The notes beneath the pieces were generated by a model. That model had not been told where the DNA came from and did not search any database. It was given only the letters and a program-made list of their open reading frames with translations. This document shows positions 1 through 10,037 of a stretch of 49,974 bases of DNA, one piece after another. Each line of letters begins with the position of its first letter. Within the stretch, counting starts at the first letter, position 1. Source of the DNA: Candidatus Latescibacterota bacterium (GTDB lineage Bacteria > JAAXHH01); contig JAJECR010000159.1 in assembly GCA_022821935.1 (NCBI GenBank), forward strand, positions 1-49,974, in the 5' to 3' direction. A program made the position numbers and the translations under genes.

Positions 1-1806
1 ACGATACTCGAAAAGACTGTCGTCGGGGAATTCAAAAACGCGGTCAGCACGCCGGTCGCGGGTGAAAGGGAGTCCCTGGAAACGCGGTTCAAGGTCGAGA
101 TACCCTTCGAAGACACGGAACTGATCGATGAACTGGTCCGGCAGAACGTAACGATTACGGCACGCCCGAAGTCGGCCCCATGGTATACCCATCTGCTGAC
201 CTTGCTGCCCCTCTTCCTCATCATCGGCCTCTGGATTCTCATCTTCCGCCAGATGCGGGGGGGACAGAAGGGACTCTTTTCCATGGGCAAGAGCCAGGCC
301 AGGCTCACCGGCGAGCGAGACGGCGTGAAGTTCAGCGAAGTGGCCGGAGTCGAAGAGGCGAAGCGCGACCTCCAGGAGGTCGTGGAATTCCTCAAGCATC
401 CCGATAAGTTCAAGCGGTTCGGAGCGCGACTGCCGAAAGGCGTGCTCCTGCTGGGTCCACCGGGTACGGGCAAGACGCTCCTGGCCCGCGCGGTCGCGGG
501 TGAAGCGGACGTACCCTTCTTCACCATGAGCGGCGCCGATTTCATGGAGATGTTCGTGGGGGTAGGGGCCTCCCGGGTCCGGGACCTGTTCAAGCAGGGC
601 AAGGAGAACGCCCCGTGCATCATTTTCATCGACGAACTGGACGCCGTGGGCCGTCACCGCGGCGCGGGCCTGGGCGGCGGACACGACGAACGGGAGCAGA
701 CGCTGAACCAGATGCTCGTGGAAATGGACGGGTTCGAGCCCAATAGCGGTGTCGTCCTCATCGCGGCCACGAACCGGCCCGACGTGCTGGATCCGGCACT
801 GCTCCGTCCAGGCAGGTTCGACCGGCACGTCACCGTGGATCGGCCGGACGTAAGAGGACGGGAGCAGATCCTGGAGATCAAGGCGGCGGACAAACCCCTG
901 GCGGAGAGCGTCGACCTGAAGACGATGGCCAGGCTCACCCCGGGCATGTCGGGCGCCGACCTGGAGAACATCGTGAACGAGGCGGCCCTGCTCGCGGCGC
1001 GGGAAGACCACAAGCGGATCACCATGACAGATCTCGAGCGGGCCAGGGACCGCATCGTCATGGGCTCGGAACACCAGTTGGTCATGTCGGATGAAGAGCG
1101 CAGGACCGTCGCGTACCACGAAAGCGGCCACGCCATGACCGCCGCCCTGATCCCTGAGATCGACTCCCCGCACAGCGTCACCATCATTCCTCGCGGACAG
1201 GCGCTGGGGCTCACCTATTCCATTCCGGAAGAAGACCAGTACCTGTATTCGGAAGCCTGGTGCCGGGGACAGATCGCCTGCCTGCTGGCCGGCCAGGTCG
1301 CGGAGCGCATCGGGACCGGCGACACGTTCAACGGGGCCGGGGACGACATCAAGCGCGCAACGGAACTGGCGCGTCACATGGTCTGCGGCTGGGGGATGGG
1401 CGAACTGGGCCCGCTGGCCCTGGGAAACCAGGAAGGGGAAGTGTTCCTCGGACGCGAACTGACCCGGAAGCGGGATTACAGCAACAAGACGGCCGTGAAA
1501 GTCGACGAAGACATGCGCAGGATCATGGAATCCTGCCGGCAGTGGGCGGAATCCATCCTCACGGAACGGGAAGAAACCTTGCACCGGATGGCCGAAGCCC
1601 TGCTCGAGCACGAGACGCTGGACAGGGATCAGATGGAACAGGTGCTTGAGGGCATACAACTGGAATCGCCGGCGAAGCACGCGGTCACGCAGGAGCAGGG
1701 CGAAGCGGATACAACCGGGCAAAAAGAAAAGACACGCGCCGACGAGGACAAAACGCCCGCTCCCGCGCCTTTCAAGGAACCTCCGCTGGCCGCCCCCGGA
1801 GTCTGA
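1..1806 (+). CDS. ftsH: ATP-dependent zinc metalloprotease FtsH (5' end outside the window)
   Basis: Frame 1 is open from base 1, giving a periplasmic segment and then the TM helix [15 protein letters not shown]. It carries Walker A GPPGTGKT, Walker B IIFIDELD, the second region of homology [20 protein letters not shown], and the zinc motif HESGHA. Confidence 0.95.
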   Translation, partial: TILEKTVVGEFKNAVSTPVAGERESLETRFKVEIPFEDTELIDELVRQNVTITARPKSAPWYTHLLTLLPLFLIIGLWILIFRQMRGGQKGLFSMGKSQARLTGERDGVKFSEVAGVEEAKRDLQEVVEFLKHPDKFKRFGARLPKGVLLLGPPGTGKTLLARAVAGEADVPFFTMSGADFMEMFVGVGASRVRDLFKQGKENAPCIIFIDELDAVGRHRGAGLGGGHDEREQTLNQMLVEMDGFEPNSGVVLIAATNRPDVLDPALLRPGRFDRHVTVDRPDVRGREQILEIKAADKPLAESVDLKTMARLTPGMSGADLENIVNEAALLAAREDHKRITMTDLERARDRIVMGSEHQLVMSDEERRTVAYHESGHAMTAALIPEIDSPHSVTIIPRGQALGLTYSIPEEDQYLYSEAWCRGQIACLLAGQVAERIGTGDTFNGAGDDIKRATELARHMVCGWGMGELGPLALGNQEGEVFLGRELTRKRDYSNKTAVKVDEDMRRIMESCRQWAESILTEREETLHRMAEALLEHETLDRDQMEQVLEGIQLESPAKHAVTQEQGEADTTGQKEKTRADEDKTPAPAPFKEPPLAAPGV

Positions 1807-1808
1807 TC

Positions 1809-2690
1809 GTGCGTAGTGAACTGGTCATCGAGGGCGAAGGGTTCCAGTGGGATTGCACGGAACGAACGCGGGTCATGGGCGTCCTGAACGTTACGCCGGA
1901 CTCCTTCCACGACGGCGGCCGCTACTGGGACCCCTATTCCGCCGTGCGACACGGCCAGAGGCTGGCGGACGAAGGCGCGGACATAATCGACGTGGGCGGT
2001 GAATCCACCCGGCCGGGCGCGAAACCGGTCGACCTGGAGGAGGAACTCAGGCGGGTCATCCCCGTCATAGAAAGGTTGAAGGACCGGATCGAGCAGCCGG
2101 TTTCCATCGACACGCGGAAAGCCGAAGTAGCCCACAGGGCCGTGCGCGCCGGCGCCAGGATGGTGAATGACGTCAGCGGCCTGACCGCCGATCCGGGAAT
2201 GATCGAAGCGGTTGCCTCCGCGAGGGTACCCGTGGTGATTATGCACGCCGCGGGGACTCCCGAGGATATGCAGCGGAACCCCGGCTACCGGGATACCGTC
2301 GGTGAAATCGTGGACTGGCTGGGCGCACGCATCGAACACGCCGTGGCGCACGGCGTCCGAAGATCGCAGATCATCATCGATCCGGGCATCGGTTTCGGCA
2401 AGCGGCTCAGCGACAATCTGCTCCTCATCCGGTCTCTGGCGTCCTTTAAAAAACTGAAACGACCCATACTCATCGGCCCGTCGAGAAAGTCATTCATCGG
2501 CCGCGTGCTTGACACGGAGAAAGATGACCGTATGGAGGGCACGGCGGCGGCCGTCGCGCTGAGCGTCGCCAACGGCGCCGGCATCGTCCGCGTGCACGAC
2601 GTCAGGGAAATGGGACGCGTGGTCCGCATGACCGACGCGATCTGCGGGGCGCGGCAGGAACAGACACCCGTCGAGATGCGGCAGGAATAG
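1809..2690 (+). CDS. folP: dihydropteroate synthase
   Basis: GTG start 2 nt after the ftsH stop. Motifs: GVLNVTPDSFHDGG, DVGGESTRPG, SIDT, NDVSG, GPSRKSF. ftsH-folP is a common gene pair. Confidence 0.93.
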   Translation: MRSELVIEGEGFQWDCTERTRVMGVLNVTPDSFHDGGRYWDPYSAVRHGQRLADEGADIIDVGGESTRPGAKPVDLEEELRRVIPVIERLKDRIEQPVSIDTRKAEVAHRAVRAGARMVNDVSGLTADPGMIEAVASARVPVVIMHAAGTPEDMQRNPGYRDTVGEIVDWLGARIEHAVAHGVRRSQIIIDPGIGFGKRLSDNLLLIRSLASFKKLKRPILIGPSRKSFIGRVLDTEKDDRMEGTAAAVALSVANGAGIVRVHDVREMGRVVRMTDAICGARQEQTPVEMRQE

Positions 2691-2725
2691 GCACCCACCG
2701 AATACGGACAGTCCATCTATCCACC

Positions 2726-3643
2726 ATGATCATAGACATTGTAATCCTGGGTTCCGGCGGCGCCGTACCGACCCTGACGCGCAACCTGCCGTCCGTAGCA
2801 GTCCAGTGCGACGGCCGTGTGTTCCTCTTCGACTGCGGCGAGGGCACCCAGACGCAGATGGTCCGGGCGAAACTGGCCCTGAGCAAGATCGAAGGGATCT
2901 ATATTTCCCATCTGCACGGCGACCACGTCATGGGACTGCCCGGCCTGTTGATGACCATGGGGCAGATACCCAGGGAACGGGACCTGTACATCTATGGACC
3001 GCCGGGCATCACCGACTTCGTCGAGGGCAACCGGCGCTTCCTGGGCCACCAGTGTCCCTTTCCGGTGATCGTCACGGAGCACAAGGGCGGGCTGGTTTCG
3101 GAGGACGATACGGTTTTTATCGAGGCCGTCCCCGCGGAACACAGCTGTTTCACGCTGGCCTTCTCGTTCCAGGAAAGGGAACGGCCCGGACTGTTTCTGG
3201 TCGAGGAGGCGCGGCGGCTGGGCGTACCCCCCGGTCCGCTCTACGGCCGGCTTCAGGCGGGTGAATCCGTTACGCTGAAGGATAAACGCGTGATCGAACC
3301 CCGGCAGGTGCTGGGTCCCGCCCGCAAGGGGCGCAAAATCGTGTATGCCACGGATACCCGGCCCTGCGACCAGGTGGCTTCGCTTGCCCACGAGGCGGAC
3401 GTACTGATCCATGACGGCATGTTCAGCGACGACCTCCGGGCGCAGGCCCGGCAGAAACACCACTCCACGGTCGTACAGGCCGCGCGCATCGCCCGCCGCG
3501 CGAAGGTCGGCAGCCTGGTGCTGACCCATATCAGCTCCCGCTACATGCAGGACGGGCCGCTGGCCGCCGAGGCGCGCAAAATCTTCCCGGCCGTGCGGGT
3601 TGCGCGGGACCTCATGGAAATCAACGTGCCGATGTACAAGTAA
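2726..3643 (+). CDS. rnz: ribonuclease Z (tRNA 3' endonuclease, metallo-beta-lactamase fold)
   Basis: N-terminus ILGSGGAVPT, the FDCGEGTQ motif, and the HLHGDH zinc motif. About 305 aa, ending with LTHISSRY. Confidence 0.9.
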   Translation: MIIDIVILGSGGAVPTLTRNLPSVAVQCDGRVFLFDCGEGTQTQMVRAKLALSKIEGIYISHLHGDHVMGLPGLLMTMGQIPRERDLYIYGPPGITDFVEGNRRFLGHQCPFPVIVTEHKGGLVSEDDTVFIEAVPAEHSCFTLAFSFQERERPGLFLVEEARRLGVPPGPLYGRLQAGESVTLKDKRVIEPRQVLGPARKGRKIVYATDTRPCDQVASLAHEADVLIHDGMFSDDLRAQARQKHHSTVVQAARIARRAKVGSLVLTHISSRYMQDGPLAAEARKIFPAVRVARDLMEINVPMYK

Positions 3644-3727
3644 GCCAGGCCCGGATTATCGCGTCCGCGGAAAATCCCGCCCCACCGCTGACCGGAGGGG
3701 TCCTGGCCGTCCGGTGCCTTCCGCCCG

Positions 3728-5125
3728 TCAGTGCGCGGATTCCCGCCGGACGGCTTCCCAGGCCGACAACCCCCCGACCAGGTCCATGACGTCGTCGATG
3801 CCGTGCCGCTTCAGGATGCTGGCCGCCATGGCGGAGCGGTATCCGCCGGCGCACTGGACGATCACCGTCGCGTCTCCGGGAATCTCTTCCAGGCGTTGCT
3901 CCAGGTGATTCAACGGTACGTGGAGACTCCCCGGGATATGTTTTTCCGTCCGTTCGCTCCCGGAACGGATATCGAGGATCACCGGTGGAGGGTCATCCCT
4001 GTCCAGCCTGTCCTCAAGCGTGGCCGCGGTGATGCGGTCGGTCCGGCCCACCAGGTCCGGCCGGTCCGCCAGCGCGTGCATGCCCCCATCGAGGTATCCG
4101 GCGATGTGGTCGAATCCGATGCGGCCGAGGCGCAGGGCGGATTCCTCTTCGGCACCCGATTCCGTAACCAGCACGATCGGCCTGTCCCTCCGCAGCAGGG
4201 TACCGGCCCAACTGGCGTATTGTCCCCCGAGCCCGATGTTGATACTGCCCTTCAGGTGCGCGCCTTCGTATTCGGCGGCGTCCCGTGTGTCGAGCACCTG
4301 GCCGCCGGCGCCCGCCCTGTTCAATACCTCGTCCAGCGAGAGCGGGTTCAGGTTCCGCTTCAGCAGATGGTCCAGCGTATCGTGCTCTTTCGCGTTGAAC
4401 ACGGCGTCGTACGTGAAGTACGCCGGCGCCTCCGGCTGGTCCGTCGTGATCAGGCGGGTGAAGGTATCCCTGTCCATGGGCTGCAGGGCGTAGTTGAACT
4501 TCTCCTGCTCGCCCATGGTGGAGACTGTGTCCGTGCTCAGGTTCTTTCCGCACAACGAACCGGCGCCGTGGGCGGGGTAGACGAGGGTTTCATCGACGGT
4601 AGCCGGAAGCAGTTTCCCGTGAAGGGAGTCGTAGAGCAGGTCGGCGAGGTCGGCGGCTTTCCAGCCGAGGGCGGCTCTCAGGTCCGGACGGCCCACGTCG
4701 CCGATGAACAGGGTGTCCCCGGTCAGCGCGGCGTAAGGCGCGGCCTCCTTCTCGGGGTCAAAGACCAGGATGCAGACGGATTCGGGAGAGTGTCCGGGCG
4801 TCTCGATGAATTGCAACCGGATCGCGCCCAGGTTCATGCTGCCGCCATCCCTCATACGCTCGAAGGCGTAGTCCGCCTCGGCCCGCGCGCCCAGGTGGAT
4901 CACGGCGCCGGTACGGTCCCTCAGCTCCAGGTGGCCCGCGGCGAAATCCGCGTGGAAGTGGGTCAGGAAGACATGGCCGATGGCCATGTTGCGGGTTTTG
5001 GCCTCTTCGATGTACTGGTCGATGTCGCGCTGCGGATCCACCACGGCCGCGGCCCCCGATGCCTCGTCCCCGATGAAATAGGACGCGTGGGCCAGGCATC
5101 CCAGGTAATACTGTTTGAGTATCAT
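3728..5125 (-). CDS. MBL-fold persulfide dioxygenase fused to two rhodanese domains
   Basis: Start chosen at the internal ATG (MILKQYY), which is preceded by AGGAGG. The MBL motif is THFHADFAAGH. The C-terminal rhodanese has the active-site loop CAGGYRS; the middle rhodanese-like domain lacks a catalytic Cys. Confidence 0.8.
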   Translation of the reverse strand: MILKQYYLGCLAHASYFIGDEASGAAAVVDPQRDIDQYIEEAKTRNMAIGHVFLTHFHADFAAGHLELRDRTGAVIHLGARAEADYAFERMRDGGSMNLGAIRLQFIETPGHSPESVCILVFDPEKEAAPYAALTGDTLFIGDVGRPDLRAALGWKAADLADLLYDSLHGKLLPATVDETLVYPAHGAGSLCGKNLSTDTVSTMGEQEKFNYALQPMDRDTFTRLITTDQPEAPAYFTYDAVFNAKEHDTLDHLLKRNLNPLSLDEVLNRAGAGGQVLDTRDAAEYEGAHLKGSINIGLGGQYASWAGTLLRRDRPIVLVTESGAEEESALRLGRIGFDHIAGYLDGGMHALADRPDLVGRTDRITAATLEDRLDRDDPPPVILDIRSGSERTEKHIPGSLHVPLNHLEQRLEEIPGDATVIVQCAGGYRSAMAASILKRHGIDDVMDLVGGLSAWEAVRRESAH

Positions 5126-5195
5126 GATCGCCTCCTGAAACCGCTCCCTGCTACGGTTCGCTGTCTGTCCGTGCTTCGTGCCTCCACACTCGCCA

Positions 5196-6932
5196 TTACC
5201 GCCCTGGAAGGGCCAATTCCGGTTCGTCTCCCCCAATGTACAGGGTGATCGAAGAACTCATCACCTGGTCCCCCCGCCATGTCCGGAACCCTGACGCGTT
5301 CGGTTCCAGCGCCGAGCCTTTCAGATAGGGCTTCCAGACCTGCGCCCGCTGCCTGTGCCACAGAAACACGCCGGCCACGTCCTCCACCAGGAGCCGTTCG
5401 GCCTCCCTGTACAGGGCAATGCGGCGATCCGGGTCCCTGACCTCGGCGTCGGCCGCCGTCATCAGGGCGTCGAAGGCGGCATTGTTCCAGTTGTGCCGGC
5501 CGTTGGACCGCCAGAGCCCGAGGAGGTTGCTCGGATCCACGAAGTCGAATTCGTAGGGCACCAGCCCGAAGGCCAGCGTATGGTTGTTCAGGCCGTCCAT
5601 GAAGACCTTGTTCTCCACGTTGCGCACTTCGACCTTCATGTCGAGGTTGCGCTGCAGCATCGCCTGCAGGCCCTCGGCCGCGTCGCGGTGCATGGCGATC
5701 TCGTTGCGCAGCCACATGTCCAGCTCGGGCAACCCGCGTCCATCCGGGTAGCCGGCCTCCGCCAGGAGTTGCCTGGCACGCTCCGGATCGTATCGCTGGC
5801 TCTCCTCGTACACGTTACCGGAGAAGGCCGGGAATCCGGGCGGCAGCATGGCATAGCCGGGTATGGCGAATCCCTTCAGCGCGGAACGGCATATGGCGGC
5901 CCGGTCGATGGCGAGACTCATGGCCAGACGCACTCTGCGGTCGTTGAACGGTGGTTTCGTGACGTCGAAAAACAAGTAGTGGGTCCAGAAATTGGGCCAG
6001 GTATGCACCTGGCCGCTCAGGTTGTCATCGGAAAGCAGCCGGGCCAGTTCCGCCTGGTTCTCCACGTCGGTGAAATCGATCTCGCCGGCCTCGTATGCCG
6101 GCAGCCGCGGAGGCGGCGTGGTCAGGTTGAACATCTTGTGGACCAGTTTCTCCAGGTAGGGTCTGTCGGCCCCGCGGTACATGGGATTGGCCTCGTAGAC
6201 CATCCGTTCGCCCTTGATCCATTCCACCATGACGAAGGGACCCGATGAAATGCAGGTCTCGGGACGGGTGGACCAGGTGTCGCCGTATTTACGTACCGCG
6301 TGCTCGGGCGACACCCATGAATAGGTGAGCAGCAGGGGCAGATGGGGCGTGGGGTCTTCAGTGGCGACATGGAGCGTAAGGTCGTCGGTTGCCCACACCC
6401 CGAGGGAGTCCACGGGCACCTTACGGGCGACGACGTCCCGCCAGTTCCGGATCGGCTGGTAGTACCACCCGAAGTCGTAAGCGTTTTCCGGGTCGGCGCC
6501 CCGGCGGAGGGAAAAGACGTAGTCACGGGCCGTCAGCGGCTTGCCGTCGCTCCACTGCAGCCCCGGCCGAAGGTGGAAAGTCCATACCAGTCCGTCATCG
6601 GACATCTCCCACCGTTCCGCGGCGCCGCCTCGCAACACGAAATTCCGGTTGGTGCGCGTAAGCGGCTCGGCGATGATGTACTTGCCCGCGGCGCCCTTGT
6701 ATACCGTACGGAACCACTCGTTGTAGGGCCGGGATTCGGAGAATACGCGAAGGACCTGTTGTTCCGGGGGCAGGGCGTCATCGGGCAGCGGCACCCCGAT
6801 GGAGTTGACGTAACGCGGTCCGTTTGCGGGAAGGAGGGTATCGACCAGGCCATAGGCCGAACAGGCTATACCCGCGGCGAGAAAGAGGCAGAAAGTAGGC
6901 CGAAGAACCGATGTGCCGGTCTGTTTTCGCAT
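5196..6932 (-). CDS. ABC transporter substrate-binding protein, peptide/nickel/opine family 5, probable lipoprotein
   Basis: Start at MRKQTG, followed by a signal/lipobox-like LAAGIACS. The size (~578 aa) and overall sequence pattern fit SBP family 5. The longer track ORF (to 7790) is a frame run-on across the upstream permease gene. Confidence 0.85.
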   Translation of the reverse strand: MRKQTGTSVLRPTFCLFLAAGIACSAYGLVDTLLPANGPRYVNSIGVPLPDDALPPEQQVLRVFSESRPYNEWFRTVYKGAAGKYIIAEPLTRTNRNFVLRGGAAERWEMSDDGLVWTFHLRPGLQWSDGKPLTARDYVFSLRRGADPENAYDFGWYYQPIRNWRDVVARKVPVDSLGVWATDDLTLHVATEDPTPHLPLLLTYSWVSPEHAVRKYGDTWSTRPETCISSGPFVMVEWIKGERMVYEANPMYRGADRPYLEKLVHKMFNLTTPPPRLPAYEAGEIDFTDVENQAELARLLSDDNLSGQVHTWPNFWTHYLFFDVTKPPFNDRRVRLAMSLAIDRAAICRSALKGFAIPGYAMLPPGFPAFSGNVYEESQRYDPERARQLLAEAGYPDGRGLPELDMWLRNEIAMHRDAAEGLQAMLQRNLDMKVEVRNVENKVFMDGLNNHTLAFGLVPYEFDFVDPSNLLGLWRSNGRHNWNNAAFDALMTAADAEVRDPDRRIALYREAERLLVEDVAGVFLWHRQRAQVWKPYLKGSALEPNASGFRTWRGDQVMSSSITLYIGGDEPELALPGR

Positions 6933-6958
6933 GCTGCACCTGCCATGGGGCGGGACCC

Positions 6959-7822
6959 CTACTCGTTCATCCTCGGGTCGAGGGCGTCTCGGAGGCCGTC
7001 GCCGATGAGCGAAAAACCGAGCATGACCAGGGCGATCATGAAAACCGGAAAGAGGGCGAGGTGCCAGTAGTAGATCACGTTGGGCAGATGGCTGCTGACC
7101 ATCTGGCCCCAACTCGGCGTGGGCGGATTGATGCCCAGTCCGAGGAAGCTCAATCCCGCCTCGGCGAAGATGGCCTGGGGAATGCCCATGGCCAGGCCGA
7201 CGATGATGGGGCTGAGGGCGTTGGGCAGCATGTGGCGGACGATGGTGTGCACGTTGGAGGCGCCCATGGACCGGGCGGCCCGGACGAAGTCGGACGCGCG
7301 GAGCGACAGGAACTGCGCGCGGACGAGGCGGCATACGCCCACCCAGCCGGTCACGCCGATGGCGAACAGCACGTTGCTCAGTCCGCTTCCCAGCCAGGCC
7401 ATGATCAGTATGGCGAACAGCAGGCTGGGAAACACCGACATGACGTCCACCAGGCGCATGACGATGTAATCGGCCTTGCCTCCCTTGAATCCGGCAATAG
7501 CCCCGAGGGGCACCCCGATCAGCAGGGAGATCATCTGCGCGACGAATCCCACGATGAGCGAGATCCGGGCGCCGTATACGATCCGGCTGAAGTAATCCCG
7601 GCCGATGCTGTCCGTGCCCATGGGGTGGGTCCAGGACGGAAACTGCCACGCAGCGTCGAAATTGGCCTCGGAATAATGGGACGGCGAGACCCATGGCGCG
7701 AAGATGGCCATGAACGAGATGACGATGATGATGATCCCCGCGGCGACGGACAGCTTGTTCTTCATGTACCGGCGAAGGGCGTCGCGCCACAGGCCGCCGG
7801 TGGATGGGGTGATTTCCGTCAT
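6959..7822 (-). CDS. ABC transporter permease, DppC/OppC type
   Basis: Six-TM pattern and the characteristic segment AARSMGASNVHTIVRHMLPNALSPIIV. Confidence 0.9.
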   Translation of the reverse strand: MTEITPSTGGLWRDALRRYMKNKLSVAAGIIIIVISFMAIFAPWVSPSHYSEANFDAAWQFPSWTHPMGTDSIGRDYFSRIVYGARISLIVGFVAQMISLLIGVPLGAIAGFKGGKADYIVMRLVDVMSVFPSLLFAILIMAWLGSGLSNVLFAIGVTGWVGVCRLVRAQFLSLRASDFVRAARSMGASNVHTIVRHMLPNALSPIIVGLAMGIPQAIFAEAGLSFLGLGINPPTPSWGQMVSSHLPNVIYYWHLALFPVFMIALVMLGFSLIGDGLRDALDPRMNE

Positions 7823-7841
7823 GGTGCCGGCTTTCCGTTAG

Positions 7842-8795
7842 CTAGTCTTCCGTTTTTTCTGTGGAGCGTCTCGTCGCGAGATGCTCGATGACCAGTACGA
7901 TCGCGCAGCCCGCGATGCCCAGGGTAATGGCCAGCAGGACTTCTTCCGACACGGCCGCGGGCAGGACGTTCTGCTCGATCAGGGGTTTCACCACGCCCTG
8001 GCTGTTCGTGAACGTTTCCACCGTTTCCTTCCACGGCCAGATCTTACGTAGTGAGCCGGCCATGAGGCCGATGAGGGCCGCCACGGTCACGTCGTGGTAG
8101 CGGCGTAACAGCCATCTGAGCACCCGCGCGAAGAAAACCAGCCCCAGGATGCCTCCGCACCCGAAGATCAGAATGGGCAGGAAATCGCGCTGGACCACGG
8201 CGTTGAGCATGTACTCGTACTTCCCCAGAATGACCAGGATGAAAGAACCCGAGATGCCGGGCAGGATCATCGCGCAGATCGCGATGGCTCCGCTCAGGAA
8301 CACGAACCACGCGGCGGAGGTCGTCTCGACCGGGACGGCGCCCACCAGTACGAAGGCCGCCGCTGCCGCCAGCAGCAACGCGAGCACCTCCGTCGCGGTC
8401 CAGGCGGATACCTTGCCCCGGACGGTGATGATCGACGCGAGCACCAGTCCGAAGAAAAAGGCCCAGACCAGGACGGGATGGTGGGCGAGCGCCCAGGCGA
8501 AAAACCGGGCCAGGCTGAAAATCGCCACCATGATCCCGGTTACGAGGGCGATCAGGAAAGGATAGGGGAAATCGGCGAGCGCCTCACGCAACCTAAAGGT
8601 AGCCAGCGACCGAAGAAACCTTACGTTGACCGAATGCACGGCGTCCAGCAGCTCTTCGTACACGCCGAGGATGAAGGCCATCGTGCCCCCGGAAACCCCA
8701 GGTACCACATCGGCGACGCCCATGCAGAATCCACGGACGGAGATGCCCAGGTAATCCAGGAATGTACGTCCCGAACGTGAAGACTCGTTGGCCAT
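7842..8795 (-). CDS. DUF368 family membrane protein (PopT-type candidate polyprenyl-phosphate translocase)
   Basis: Start at MANESS. It has two internal repeats, each with the DUF368 hallmark: VPGVSGGTMAFILGVYEEL and LPGISGSFILVILGKYEYM. Its ATG overlaps the TAA of the upstream permease (TAATG). Confidence 0.8.
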   Translation of the reverse strand: MANESSRSGRTFLDYLGISVRGFCMGVADVVPGVSGGTMAFILGVYEELLDAVHSVNVRFLRSLATFRLREALADFPYPFLIALVTGIMVAIFSLARFFAWALAHHPVLVWAFFFGLVLASIITVRGKVSAWTATEVLALLLAAAAAFVLVGAVPVETTSAAWFVFLSGAIAICAMILPGISGSFILVILGKYEYMLNAVVQRDFLPILIFGCGGILGLVFFARVLRWLLRRYHDVTVAALIGLMAGSLRKIWPWKETVETFTNSQGVVKPLIEQNVLPAAVSEEVLLAITLGIAGCAIVLVIEHLATRRSTEKTED

Positions 8796-9727
8796 TACTT
8801 GCTCCCGCGAACGTATCTGACCCTGGGATCCACAAGCGCGTAGAGAATATCGGTGATAAGGTAGACGATGCCGATCAGCACCGCGACGAGCAGCGTCAGC
8901 GCCATGATCATGGGATAATCCCGTTCGAAGATGCTGGTGACGAAGAACTGTCCCAGGCCCGGTATGCGGAAAATGCCTTCCACGAAGAGCGATCCGGTCA
9001 TCACGCCGGGCAGCATCGGCCCCATGATGGTCAGCAGGGGGATCAGGGAGTTCTTCAGCACGTGGATGAACAGGACGCTCCGCTCCTTGAGCCCCTTGGC
9101 CCGCGCCGTGCGCACGTAGTCCATGCGCAGGTTCTCGAGCACGCTCGAACGGGTATACCGGGCGATGATGGCCATGGGTCCCAGGGCGTATACGATCACC
9201 GGCATGATCCAGGTCTCGGGTCCGCCCCAGCCGCCCGTGGGCAGGACCCGCCATATGGTCGCGAAGAGGACGATGAACAGGATGGAAATGGCGAAACTGG
9301 GCACAGTAATCCCCAGGGTCGCGAGCACAGTGGTCCCGTAGTCCATCCAGGTGTTCTGTTTTATGGCGGACAGGATGCCCAGGAGGATGCCGAAGGAAAA
9401 GGCCACGGCGAGGCCCATGCCACCCAGCTGCATGCTGATGGGCCAGGTGCGCGCAATGAGGTCCGTTACCGTCTCGCCCGGACTCTGGAAGGGAATGCCG
9501 AAATCGAATTGCAGCGCGTTCCACATGTACCGTCCGTACTGCTCGTACAGGGGCCGGTCCAGGCCGTATTTGCGCAGGATATTGGCCTTGGCCTCGGCCG
9601 ACAGGGGCATCTTCTCTTCGTCGAACGGGCCGCCCGGTACCGCATGCATCAGGCTGAAGGTAATGATCGTGACCAGGAACAGCACGCCGACCAGGCCCAC
9701 GATGCGGTATATGATGTATCGGATCAT
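8795..9727 (-). CDS. ABC transporter permease, DppB/OppB type
   Basis: Start chosen at [11 protein letters not shown], the typical DppB N-terminus. Characteristic segment [26 protein letters not shown]. Confidence 0.9.
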   Translation of the reverse strand: MIRYIIYRIVGLVGVLFLVTIITFSLMHAVPGGPFDEEKMPLSAEAKANILRKYGLDRPLYEQYGRYMWNALQFDFGIPFQSPGETVTDLIARTWPISMQLGGMGLAVAFSFGILLGILSAIKQNTWMDYGTTVLATLGITVPSFAISILFIVLFATIWRVLPTGGWGGPETWIMPVIVYALGPMAIIARYTRSSVLENLRMDYVRTARAKGLKERSVLFIHVLKNSLIPLLTIMGPMLPGVMTGSLFVEGIFRIPGLGQFFVTSIFERDYPMIMALTLLVAVLIGIVYLITDILYALVDPRVRYVRGSK

Positions 9728-9959
9728 AGGGTCAGGTTTTCTGATGCACCACGATGAAACAGGGGGATTCCGCCGGTTCGTGAAACGAGCGGGCATACCG
9801 GCGGTTCAGCCTCAATAGTGCAAGCAGGCGCGCCGGGGTGTCAAGGTTTATTTCCCGGGTCCGGGCCGTACCGGAACGTGTATTCAACCACGGAAAATCC
9901 GATGTCGAAGCGCGGAATTCATGGACCGTGCATCGCCTCCGGTTCGGGGGCATCTCCCC

Positions 9960-9988
9960 TTGACACCCCCCACGTCGTTTCACAAATT
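9960..9988 (+). promoter_or_regulatory. promoter candidate: TTGACA-N17-CAAATT upstream of the dehydratase cluster
   Basis: A perfect -35 and a weak -10, read directly in the divergent intergenic region. Confidence 0.3.
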
Positions 9989-10037
9989 ACCGGCGTGATT
10001 CCACGGTGCCGGATTGATGGAAATGGAGGACGCGAGC

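Noticed and set aside
6933-7790. The N-terminal 286 residues of the 864-aa track ORF 5196..7790.
   Set aside because: This part is an alternative frame of the DppC-like permease gene. The binding-protein homology and signal peptide begin at the Met at 6932.
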